This document shows, in pieces, positions 54,271-62,897 of a stretch of 64,000 nt of DNA. Made by a program: the position numbers and the translations under genes. This stretch comes from Frankiales bacterium (GTDB lineage Bacteria; Actinomycetota; Actinomycetes; Mycobacteriales; SCTD01). Below the pieces are notes generated by a model. It was given only the letters and a program-made list of their open reading frames with translations. It was not told the origin of the DNA and searched no databases. Location of the stretch: contig JAOPVP010000077.1 of the NCBI GenBank assembly GCA_025966135.1, forward strand, positions 3,756 through 67,755. Reading direction: 5' to 3'. The first letter of the stretch is position 1, and each line of letters starts with the position of its first letter.

Positions 54271-55521
54271 ATGACCAAGCCAACGGCGAGGCGGTTACCG
54301 CCTGGGGTGACGTTCTACCTTCTGGCGTCGATCGTCGTGTCGTTCCTTGCCGGCTCCAGCGCGCCGACCCCGCTCTACTCGATCTACCAGAGCCAATGGC
54401 ACTTCTCGCCGATCACCACGACCGCCGTGTACGGCATCTATGCCCTCGCCGTTCTGGTGGCGCTGCTCGTGGTCGGCTCGCTCTCTGACCACGTGGGTCG
54501 CCGTCCGGTGCTGCTGACCGCGATCGCGGTGCAGGCGCTGACGATGCTGGTCTTCGCCGACGCCGGCGGGGTGGCGCAGCTGATCGCGGCTCGGGTACTG
54601 CAGGGCCTGTCCACCGGAGCCGCCGTCGGCGCTGTCGGGGCTGGCATGCTCGACCTCGACCATGCCCGCGGCACCATCGCCAACGCCGTCGCCCCGGTGC
54701 TGGGCACCGCAATCGGCGGGCTGCTCTCCGGACTGCTCGTCCAGCTGCTCCCCTATCCCACGGAGCTGGTCTACCTCGTGCTGCTCGGCGTGTTCGTGCT
54801 GCAGGGTGTCGGCGTGGCGCTGATGGCCGAGTCGTCGTCCCGCCGTCCGGGCGCCCTCGCGTCGATGCGGCTACGGTTCGCCCTTCCGCCGCAGATCCGC
54901 ACGCCGTTCCTGCTGGCCGCACCGGCAATCGTCGCGGTGTGGGCGCTGGGCGGCTTCTACGGCTCACTCGGGCCGGCCTTGACCAGGCTGGTATCCGGCT
55001 CCGGCTCGTACGTGCTCGGTGGCCTGTCATTGTTCACCCTCGCAGCGAGTGGTGCAGGCGCCGTCCTGCTGCTGCGTGCGACCGCCACCCGTACGGTGCT
55101 GTCCCTCGGCACCATCGCCCTAGTCGCCGGTGTCGGTACGACCCTGCTGGCGCTCGTCGCCGGCTCCACGGTGACGTTCTTCGTGGGGACAGCCATCGCA
55201 GGTGTCGGCTTCGGCGCCGGCTTGCAAGGCGCGATCCGCAGCGTCATCCCACTGGCGGCTCCGCACGAGCGGGCCGGCGTGCTCTCGCTCCTTTACCTGG
55301 TCTCCTACCTCGCGATGGGCCTGCCTGCGGTCATCGGCGGCTTCCTGGTCGTCGACGGCGGAGGTCTCCTGACCACGGCGCGGGAGTACGGCGCGGCTGT
55401 CATCGCCCTCGCCCTCCTCGCCATGCTCGGGCTGGCCAGGTCGTCGGAACCGAAAACGACTGCCCCGCAGGCGATCGCGGTCATGCGACCGCAGCAAGAG
55501 CTGGCCGGCGAGCGACGCTGA
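54271..55521 (+). CDS. MFS transporter (drug/metabolite efflux type)
   Basis: About 416 aa from the ATG at 54271 (GAGGGAAG upstream), 12 TM, 'GSLSDHVGRRPVLL' MFS motif. Confidence 0.85.
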   Translation: MTKPTARRLPPGVTFYLLASIVVSFLAGSSAPTPLYSIYQSQWHFSPITTTAVYGIYALAVLVALLVVGSLSDHVGRRPVLLTAIAVQALTMLVFADAGGVAQLIAARVLQGLSTGAAVGAVGAGMLDLDHARGTIANAVAPVLGTAIGGLLSGLLVQLLPYPTELVYLVLLGVFVLQGVGVALMAESSSRRPGALASMRLRFALPPQIRTPFLLAAPAIVAVWALGGFYGSLGPALTRLVSGSGSYVLGGLSLFTLAASGAGAVLLLRATATRTVLSLGTIALVAGVGTTLLALVAGSTVTFFVGTAIAGVGFGAGLQGAIRSVIPLAAPHERAGVLSLLYLVSYLAMGLPAVIGGFLVVDGGGLLTTAREYGAAVIALALLAMLGLARSSEPKTTAPQAIAVMRPQQELAGERR

Positions 55522-55725
55522 CCTGTCTCAGGTGACGGCGCCGCGTACGCGCTGCTTCGAGGCTGGCCAAGCAGCTCGAGTACTGCCGATCAACGTGAGG
55601 TAGAAGAGCATCGCTCCAAAGCGCGGACTTGTTCGCCCGGCGCTGCCGGTTTCGCCGGTCGCGCGCGATGTCCGCCCTCACCTCCTTCCGCCCAGGGCTA
55701 ATTCCTACTGCTTGCATAGGCAAAG

Positions 55726-56610
55726 ATGAGTGACGAGCGCAATAACAGGCACACTTCGCATGTGGAGAGCTGCTGCGCGCCCTCGCGACCGACGATCGAA
55801 GCGGGTCCGACGACCGCTCGGGGCGGTCGCGCCGCCGGACTGGAGACCGTGCCCCAGGGCAGCTTCGACATGGGGTATGAGGGTCCGCTCGCCAATCCCG
55901 GCGAGGGTGAGGGACCTGTCCGCCGGGTCGAGCTGCCGTCGTACGAGATCGGCGCGACTAGCGTCACCAACCAGCAGTTCGCAACCTTCGCGAAGGCGAC
56001 CGGGTATGTCACCGCAGCGGAGCGCGACGGCTGGTCGTTCGTGTTCGCCGGCCTGGTCAGCGACCCGACCGCGGTGACCGGTCGGGTGGCCGGGGCGGAG
56101 TGGTGGTGCGCCGTCGTAGGTGCGAGCTGGCGCACACCGCATGGGCCGGGGTCGTCGTTCGACCGGATCGCCAACCACCCCGTCGTTCACGTGTCCGCGC
56201 ACGACGCCGAGGCCTACTGCACCTGGACCGGCACCCGCCTCCCGACCGAGAGCGAGTGGGAACGGGCCGCGCGCGGAGGACTCGACGGAGCCGTGTATCC
56301 CTGGGGCGACGAACTCGAACCCGATGGCCAGCCCCGCTGCAACATCTGGCAGGGCTCGTTCCCCCGCCATCACACAGGGACCGCGGGCACTGTACCGGTG
56401 AAGAGCTACCGCCCGAACGGCTTCGGCCTGTGGCAGTGCGTCGGCAACGTGTGGGAGTGGACCGCCTCCGAGCAGGACGGGAAGCGGATACGCAGGGGTG
56501 GGTCCTACCTGTGCCACGACTCGTACTGCAACCGCTACCGCGTCGCCGCCCGTGACAGCAGCCTCGCTGGCGACGCTACCGGCAACATCGGCTTCCGCGT
56601 CGCGCGCTGA
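55726..56610 (+). CDS. formylglycine-generating enzyme (FGE/SUMF1 family)
   Basis: 'HPVVHVSAHDAEAYCTWTGTRLPTESEWERAARGG', 'CNIWQGSFP', 'GNVWEWT' and the active-site pair 'GGSYLCHDSYCNRYRVAAR'. Confidence 0.9.
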   Translation: MSDERNNRHTSHVESCCAPSRPTIEAGPTTARGGRAAGLETVPQGSFDMGYEGPLANPGEGEGPVRRVELPSYEIGATSVTNQQFATFAKATGYVTAAERDGWSFVFAGLVSDPTAVTGRVAGAEWWCAVVGASWRTPHGPGSSFDRIANHPVVHVSAHDAEAYCTWTGTRLPTESEWERAARGGLDGAVYPWGDELEPDGQPRCNIWQGSFPRHHTGTAGTVPVKSYRPNGFGLWQCVGNVWEWTASEQDGKRIRRGGSYLCHDSYCNRYRVAARDSSLAGDATGNIGFRVAR

Positions 56611-56703
56611 CCAACGGCTGACCGCATCCTTCCGCTCAGTTGATCGTTTAACCTAGGGGTCCAATAGGATTTACCGACTGCCCCCAGCCAGAAGGATCCT
56701 CAC

Positions 56704-58374
56704 GTGCTCTCCCGCCGCCGCCTGCTGCAGGCGACTGCCCTCGCCGCCACCGGAACCCTTGGCACCGCACCCACCACCGACGCAGCTGTGCGTCCGACCG
56801 GGGGTCGACGCCCCAACATCGTGCTGATCCTGGCCGACGACCTCGGCTACGGGACCCTAGGCGCCTACGGGCAGAAGTTCGTGAAGACGCCGCACCTGGA
56901 CCGTCTGGCCGCGGAGGGCATCCGCTTCACCCAGGGCTATTCCGGCGCGGCCGTGTGCGCCCCGTCCCGTGCCAGCCTGCTGACCGGCATGGACGGCGGC
57001 CACGCCAGAGTCCGCTCCAACTCCATGCGCGAGACCGGAGTCCAGCCCCGGTTCCTGCCTGAGGACGAGACGCTCGGCAAGATCCTCAAAACCGCCGGCT
57101 ACCGCACCGGCGCCTTCGGTAAATGGGGCTTCGGCAACGACGCGTACTTCACCCCTTCGCCGATCGGCGTCACCTGCGACGTCACACTGCCCGTAACGCC
57201 AGGAGGTGGCCTGCAAGGCGGCGCACCCCACAACGGTGGCGGGGTGTTCACCACCTCCGACCGCGGAGACGGCAGCCACCCGCTGCAGCAGGGGTTCGAC
57301 GAGTTCGTCGGCATCGTGACGACCGAGGCCGCGTTCCAGTACTGGCCGGACTACCTCTGGCACGGCAACCGCCGGGTCACGCTCCCAGGAAACGCCGGCG
57401 AGTCCCGCGGCACCTACGCGCCGCAGGTCTACAAGGACGCGACCCTCGACTTCATCGACCGGCATGCGAAGGAGGAGTTCTTCGTCTACTTCGCGCCGCA
57501 GCTCGCGCACTGGCCCACCCAGGTCCCCGACACCAAGGCCTACGACGACCAGATCACGTGGACCGAGGACATGAAGCGGTACGCCTCGCAGATCACCCTG
57601 CTCGACACCTATGTCGGGCAGATCGTCGCCCGGCTCCGGAAGCACGGGATCGCTGACGACACACTGCTGGTCTTCACCGCAGACAACGGGCCGACCCCCA
57701 ACGAGCACGCCCTCGTCGGATCCGGCGGGTGCACCGACGCCGACACCCCCTCCCCCGACAGCGCCCTCGCTGACGTCCTGTGGAACACCAACGGCGGTCT
57801 GCGCGCAGGCAAGCACTCGCTCTACGAAGGCGGCATCCGCGTCCCCCTCATCGCCTGGGGCCCTCGGGTCGTGCGCAAGGACGCGCCTATTGTCGCGGAC
57901 CGCCCCTGGAGCTCGGTAGACCTGCTCCCCACCCTGGCCGACATCGCCGGCATCACCGCCCCCACGGACGTGGACGGCATCAGCGTGCGCGACTGGATCA
58001 CGGGCGAGAAGCGTGCCTCTGCCCGTCCGCACCCCGCGCTCTACTGGGAACGTCCCAAGGCGCAGGATCAGAACGTCGACGGCGGCCCACCCTCCGCTGT
58101 CGTCTACACCACGGCCATGCGCGCCGGAAAGTGGAAGGCGCTGCGGCACGCGCCGGGCGATGACCCGGCCGTCCCCGACGCACAGGCGAAGTTCGAGCTC
58201 TACGACCTGGACTCCGACCCTGCGGAGACGCGTGACGTCGCGCTGCTGCAACCCGACATCGCGGCTGCCCTGCAACGCCAGATGCGGCAGCGGCACGCGC
58301 CCATGCCCTTCAAACGCAAGCCTTATCGGCCGCGCCGGACAGGTGGGGAGCTTCGGCTCAGGGGATCACGATGA
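56704..58374 (+). CDS. Cys-type sulfatase (arylsulfatase family) with Tat signal
   Basis: 'SRRRLLQATALAA' twin-arginine signal. 'NIVLILADDLGYG' and 'CAPSRASLLTG' (FGly motif at 56956-56970). Confidence 0.9.
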   Translation: MLSRRRLLQATALAATGTLGTAPTTDAAVRPTGGRRPNIVLILADDLGYGTLGAYGQKFVKTPHLDRLAAEGIRFTQGYSGAAVCAPSRASLLTGMDGGHARVRSNSMRETGVQPRFLPEDETLGKILKTAGYRTGAFGKWGFGNDAYFTPSPIGVTCDVTLPVTPGGGLQGGAPHNGGGVFTTSDRGDGSHPLQQGFDEFVGIVTTEAAFQYWPDYLWHGNRRVTLPGNAGESRGTYAPQVYKDATLDFIDRHAKEEFFVYFAPQLAHWPTQVPDTKAYDDQITWTEDMKRYASQITLLDTYVGQIVARLRKHGIADDTLLVFTADNGPTPNEHALVGSGGCTDADTPSPDSALADVLWNTNGGLRAGKHSLYEGGIRVPLIAWGPRVVRKDAPIVADRPWSSVDLLPTLADIAGITAPTDVDGISVRDWITGEKRASARPHPALYWERPKAQDQNVDGGPPSAVVYTTAMRAGKWKALRHAPGDDPAVPDAQAKFELYDLDSDPAETRDVALLQPDIAAALQRQMRQRHAPMPFKRKPYRPRRTGGELRLRGSR

Positions 58375-59918
58375 GAACCTTCGACCAACCCGTCAGCCGC
58401 CGCGGGCTGCTCACCGGCGCTGCCGCGGCGACCTTGCTCGGCGCGGCCGGCACCGCAACGGCCACGGGCCGTCGCGACGATCGCCCGAACGTCGTCGTCA
58501 TCCTCGCCGACGACCTCGGCTACGGCGCACTCGGCGCCTACGGGCAGCAGGTGCTGAGCACCCCGAACCTCGACAGGCTTGCTCGCGAGGGGATCGCCTT
58601 TGCGGACGCGCACTCCGGCGCCCCCATCTGCGCGCCGTCGCGCTGCGCGCTGCTCACCGGCAACCACACGGGCCACACGTCCGTCCGGGACAACTCCTTC
58701 ACCGTCACCGGCATCCCGCCATCGTTCAAGCCGTCGGACACCACGTGGGCAAAGGCCCTGCACGACGTCGGCTACGCGACCGGCGCCTTCGGCAAGTGGG
58801 GATTCGGACCAGACCACTGCTACGAGAGCGTGCCGCAAGGCTTCGCCCGCGGGAACCCCGGTGGTCCCGACGGCTCGCTGCTGCAGGACGTGGGGCACGA
58901 GAGCCACCCGCTGCAGAAGGGCTTTGACGAGTTCCTAGGCCTCGTGACCCACGACCAGGCCACGGACGGGTACTTCCCCAACTACATATGGGACGGCAAC
59001 CGGCGACGCATCCTGCCCGAGAACGCCAACAATGCGCAGAAGACCTACGCCCCCGACCTCTACGTCCACCGAGCACTGGACTTCATCCGCAGGCACCGGT
59101 CGCGGCCCTTCGCCGTCTACCTCGCGCCGCAGCTCGTGCACTGGCCCAACCTCATCCCGTCCACCTCCCCCTACGATGACAAGCAGTGGACGACCGAGCT
59201 CAAGCGCTACGCCGCCATGTACAGCCGGCTCGACACCTACGTGGGCGTGGTTCGGCGGCAGCTCGAGAACCTCGGGCTCGCGCACAACACCCTGCTGCTG
59301 TTCACCAGCGACAACGGCAGCACCGTGGAGCGGCTCGCGACCGGCAGCGGCGAGAGCTCCATGTACCACCGCCCGTCCGAGTCCTACCTCGGCGACAAGC
59401 TCTGGAACATCCAAGGCGGACTCCGGTCCGAGAAGCACGCGCTCTACGAAGGCGGCATCCGCGTCCCATTCATCGCCTGGGGACCGGGCATCGTGCGCAC
59501 GTCCGGCAAGAGCCAGGTCGCCGACCGCGCCTTCGCCAGCTGGGACATCTTCCCGACCCTGACCGAGCTCGCCGGGGCGCGCAACCCGCGCGGCCTGGAC
59601 GGCCACTCCCTGCTGGGATGGATCACCGGCCACTCCACCCGCCCCGCACAGCCGCTGTACTGGGAGCGGCAACAGGTCGACATGGTCTTCGACGTCTCAC
59701 CACCAGGCTTCGCACAGGCAGCAAGCATCGGCGACTGGAAGGCGATCCGGTACACCGTCGCTGGACAGGACCCGCACACCCCCGACGCACGCTGGGAGTT
59801 CGAGCTGTACGACCTGGCGGCCGACCGCGGCGAGACGCGGAACGTCGCAGCACTGCACCCCGACATCCGAGCACGCATGGAGCACTACATGAACACTTCG
59901 CACGTGGACCCGACATGA
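58371..59918 (+). CDS. Cys-type sulfatase (arylsulfatase family) with Tat signal, paralog
   Basis: 'SRRGLLTGAAAA' signal. 'NVVVILADDLGYG' and 'CAPSRCALLTG' (58629-58643). ATGA overlap with the upstream sulfatase. Confidence 0.9.
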   Translation: MRTFDQPVSRRGLLTGAAAATLLGAAGTATATGRRDDRPNVVVILADDLGYGALGAYGQQVLSTPNLDRLAREGIAFADAHSGAPICAPSRCALLTGNHTGHTSVRDNSFTVTGIPPSFKPSDTTWAKALHDVGYATGAFGKWGFGPDHCYESVPQGFARGNPGGPDGSLLQDVGHESHPLQKGFDEFLGLVTHDQATDGYFPNYIWDGNRRRILPENANNAQKTYAPDLYVHRALDFIRRHRSRPFAVYLAPQLVHWPNLIPSTSPYDDKQWTTELKRYAAMYSRLDTYVGVVRRQLENLGLAHNTLLLFTSDNGSTVERLATGSGESSMYHRPSESYLGDKLWNIQGGLRSEKHALYEGGIRVPFIAWGPGIVRTSGKSQVADRAFASWDIFPTLTELAGARNPRGLDGHSLLGWITGHSTRPAQPLYWERQQVDMVFDVSPPGFAQAASIGDWKAIRYTVAGQDPHTPDARWEFELYDLAADRGETRNVAALHPDIRARMEHYMNTSHVDPT

Positions 59919-61477
59919 GACGAGCCAACACCGCGCGGTCGCTGTTGGCGGTCGCGGCCTTAGCCTCCCTCCTCATCGCGGTGCCTGTGGGCGCCGCGAC
60001 GCCAAGCCGTCCCGCCCTGCTGCCGGCCTGCGCCTACGGCAGCTCCGCACCGGGCGTCAGCGGGTTCGCCGTGCGCGTCCAGCACGACGCGTGGCGCTAT
60101 GCGGACCGCCAGACCGTTGACGCGACGGCCCGATCGGCTGCGGCACGCGCCTTCGCAGCTGCCGAAGTCGCCTACGTCTACGGCCTCCCGCTGGTCGAGG
60201 TGCACGACACCGTGCGGCAGTTCCGCTTCCGCAACACAACCGTCAGCATCGCCGAGCTCACCACGGCGGCGTCCCGACGCGTCGTGTCCCCCAACGTCGA
60301 CACCCTGTACACCGTCGGCTGGCTGAGCCTCACCCAGCAGCCCCTCGTGCTGGACGTCCCCGACACCGGCGGCCGCTTCTACACCTTCCAGCTCATGGAC
60401 GCCTGGTCGAACTCCTTCGCCTACCTCGGATCCGGCTCCACCGGAACGCACGCCGGGTCCTACCTGCTGGTCCCGCCCGGATGGACTGGCACCGTCCCGC
60501 CCGGAGTGCACCTGCTGCGTAGCCCCACCCGCACCGTGTGGCTGCTCGGGCGCACCCTCGTTGACGGCGCCGCCGATCTGCAGAAGGCCCGCCCGGTGCT
60601 TCAGCAGTACACCGCCACGCCGCTCACCGCCTGGGTGGCCGGTGTCCGGGGCCGGCCCGTCGTCTTCGACAAGGCACCGCCCGCCCAGGCGAGGCCGGCG
60701 ACGCCCACCGGCAGCGACTTCATCAGCACACTCAACCGGCAACTGGTCCTCGACCCGCCGCCAGCGGATCAAACGTGCGTGCTCGACGCGCTGGCGCCGG
60801 CTGGCGTCCAACGACCCAGCTCGTCGGCCCTCGCCGTCCAAGCCGCCGATGCCGCCGACATCGCGGGCGACCCCTCCGCCTCGCCGCTGCCGGCCCCTGA
60901 CCCAGCCGTGACGGCGGGCACGACCGCAGCCGTGCGGCTCATCGCAGACGCAGCACGCACCTACCGGGCCACCACCTCCAACGGCCGGGCCGGTTGGAGC
61001 GTCATGACCGACCCCTGGATCGGGAACTTCGACCGGCAGTACCTCGGCCGCGCCATCATCGCCACCGACCTGCTCGGCGCCAACGTGCCACGCATCGCCG
61101 TCTACCCCACCAGCTACGCCGACCGCAGCGGACGGCCGCTCACCGGGCGGAGCCGCTACACGATCACCTTCCCCAAGGGGGAGCTGCCGCCAGTCAAGGC
61201 CTTCTGGTCCCTCACCATGTACCAGAGCGACAACTTCCTCTACGCCAACAGCAGCAACCGGTATGCCGTCGGCGACCGCACAGCCGGACTGCACTACGGC
61301 AAGGACGGATCACTCACGCTGTACGTGCAGCACGACCCGCCCGCAACCACCGCGCAGCGGGCCAACTGGCTACCCGCCCCGGCCGACGCATTCCACCTCA
61401 TCTTGAGGCTGTACCTGCCGCGGGCCACGGCACTCAACGGCACCTACCGCATCCCACCGTTCGTCCGCGTCAGCTGA
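59915..61477 (+). CDS. secreted DUF1254 + DUF1214 two-domain protein
   Basis: 520 aa from the internal ATG (ATGA overlap with the sulfatase stop), with a Sec-type signal. 'PNVDTLYTVGWLSL...PLVLDVPDTGGRFYTFQLMDAWSN' is DUF1254-like. 'FWSLTMYQSDNFLYANSSNRYAVGDRT...ANWLPAP...FHLILRLYLP' is DUF1214-like. Confidence 0.8.
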   Translation: MRRANTARSLLAVAALASLLIAVPVGAATPSRPALLPACAYGSSAPGVSGFAVRVQHDAWRYADRQTVDATARSAAARAFAAAEVAYVYGLPLVEVHDTVRQFRFRNTTVSIAELTTAASRRVVSPNVDTLYTVGWLSLTQQPLVLDVPDTGGRFYTFQLMDAWSNSFAYLGSGSTGTHAGSYLLVPPGWTGTVPPGVHLLRSPTRTVWLLGRTLVDGAADLQKARPVLQQYTATPLTAWVAGVRGRPVVFDKAPPAQARPATPTGSDFISTLNRQLVLDPPPADQTCVLDALAPAGVQRPSSSALAVQAADAADIAGDPSASPLPAPDPAVTAGTTAAVRLIADAARTYRATTSNGRAGWSVMTDPWIGNFDRQYLGRAIIATDLLGANVPRIAVYPTSYADRSGRPLTGRSRYTITFPKGELPPVKAFWSLTMYQSDNFLYANSSNRYAVGDRTAGLHYGKDGSLTLYVQHDPPATTAQRANWLPAPADAFHLILRLYLPRATALNGTYRIPPFVRVS

Positions 61478-61740
61478 GACATCGCCCCTGGCCTTCACGG
61501 CTCCCCGATTCCCAGGAAGCCGCGGAACTGGGCTCGGCGCAGACTCGGCGAGCCAGGGGTGCAACAGCACCGTGTGCGCAGCCTTCCGACGGCTGACCTT
61601 GGGCCTCGCTGACGACATGGCGCGCCGCGTCCTGCGGCCGCTGGCTACGCGGCCCGAGTGAGGCACCGCTGACTCCGTCTCGGCCGTCAGGGTCGAAGGG
61701 GTCGAAGGTGCTCCTCCCGAAAGAGTTGTGCCCAGTCCCG

Positions 61741-62493
61741 TCAGGGTTTGGCCCGCTGCCAGCGCCTGATCTCACCATCCGCCGCTGCGTCGGAGAGTTC
61801 GGCATAGCGCAGGGTGGTGTTGATGTTCGCGTGCCCAAGGCGCTTCCTGATGGTCGCCAGGCTGACGCCACCATTCACTAGAGCCTGGGCGTGACCATGC
61901 CGCAGGTCATGCAGGGAACCTGAGAGGCCGGCGGCGACGAGGTAGCTGGCGAACCTGGCCTGCACCGACTGGTAGCGCAACGGCGAGTTGCACTCGCCCC
62001 GCTCGGCCCGGAACAGAGGGCCGTGCCGGTAGCCGGTCTCCAGCAGGTAGCGGCGCACCAGCCGAAGCAAGCCCGGATCGTCGAGCAGCAGTGTGCGGTG
62101 CCGGCCACCCTTGCCCAAGACGGTAAGGCGTTCATCGTCGCGGGCCAGGTGCAGGTCGTCGACGCCGAGCCTGAGCGCCTCCCCCACGCGCAGCCCGGTG
62201 GTGGCCAGCAAGGTGAACAGCATCCGATCTCGTAACCGGCCGGTGGGGATCGCAGCGAGCAAGGCGGTGACCTGGCCTGGGGTGAACCCCCGCGGCGGGG
62301 GCTGCTCGATGCGGATCCGCAGCACCCGCCCCATCGGGTCGGAGGCGAGCAGGCCCTCGCGGTAGGCCCAGGCGCAGAAGCTGGCGACGCTGGCCTGCCG
62401 GCGGGCTCGAGTGCTCGCGGCGAGGTCGGCCTGGCTGGCGAAGAAGGTCCGCAGGACGTCCGGAGTCAGGTCGGCCAGCCGGTCCGGGGCCAC
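61741..62493 (-). CDS. tyrosine recombinase / phage-type integrase (5' end apparently frameshifted)
   Basis: 'TGLRVGEALRL', 'HDLRHGHAQAL' and 'LGHANINTTLRYAEL' carry the catalytic R..HxxR..Y. The N-terminal SAM-like segment 'VVGDFLDDLEQA' lies upstream in another frame (about 62545-62600). Confidence 0.8.
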   Translation of the reverse strand: MAPDRLADLTPDVLRTFFASQADLAASTRARRQASVASFCAWAYREGLLASDPMGRVLRIRIEQPPPRGFTPGQVTALLAAIPTGRLRDRMLFTLLATTGLRVGEALRLGVDDLHLARDDERLTVLGKGGRHRTLLLDDPGLLRLVRRYLLETGYRHGPLFRAERGECNSPLRYQSVQARFASYLVAAGLSGSLHDLRHGHAQALVNGGVSLATIRKRLGHANINTTLRYAELSDAAADGEIRRWQRAKP

Positions 62494-62897
62494 TTGGGCG
62501 AGCTGAGCGAGGTCGGAGGCGTAGGCGCGGCGGGTGTGGCTGCTGCGGCCTGCTCGAGATCGTCCAGGAAGTCCCCGACCACGGCGCTCAACAGCGCCGG
62601 ACCGGCACCAACCTGCGATAAGTGATGGACGGTGCCGGCGATGTGAGTCCCCCTTGAGCGTGCGGTAGCCCCGCCTGCTGCCTAGATTCTGTGATAACTC
62701 ATCCTATCGCAGGAACTTGGTGACTTGAGTGGGTCGGCGGCAATCGAGGTCCACTTTCACTACGCGTACGCAGGTTGACCGTCGATCAGGCTCCGGCGCG
62801 GGCCTGGAGAGCGGTGATGATCGACCCAACACGGAACGTGGGTGCCGATCGATAACCTGCGCTTCTAGGACACTCGAGTGGGAGCAGGCACCAACAC

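Noticed and set aside
55481-55723. 80-aa minus-strand ORF between the MFS gene and the FGE.
   Set aside because: It is an Arg-rich, low-complexity translation with no RBS and overlaps the MFS 3' end. It was treated as non-coding.
59186-59914. 5' part of the 763-aa track ORF 59186..61477, which overlaps the second sulfatase in another frame.
   Set aside because: The extension is Arg/Pro-rich nonsense. A signal-peptide-bearing start (MRRANTARSLLAVAALA) at 59915 is ATGA-coupled to the sulfatase stop.
61691-61708. Tandem GGTCGAAGG x2 next to the integrase, checked as a possible tRNA T-arm or att core.
   Set aside because: No cloverleaf pairing and no GGTTCGAATCC-like T-loop with a complementary stem. 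No tRNA could be built from 61478-61740 or 62494-62897.
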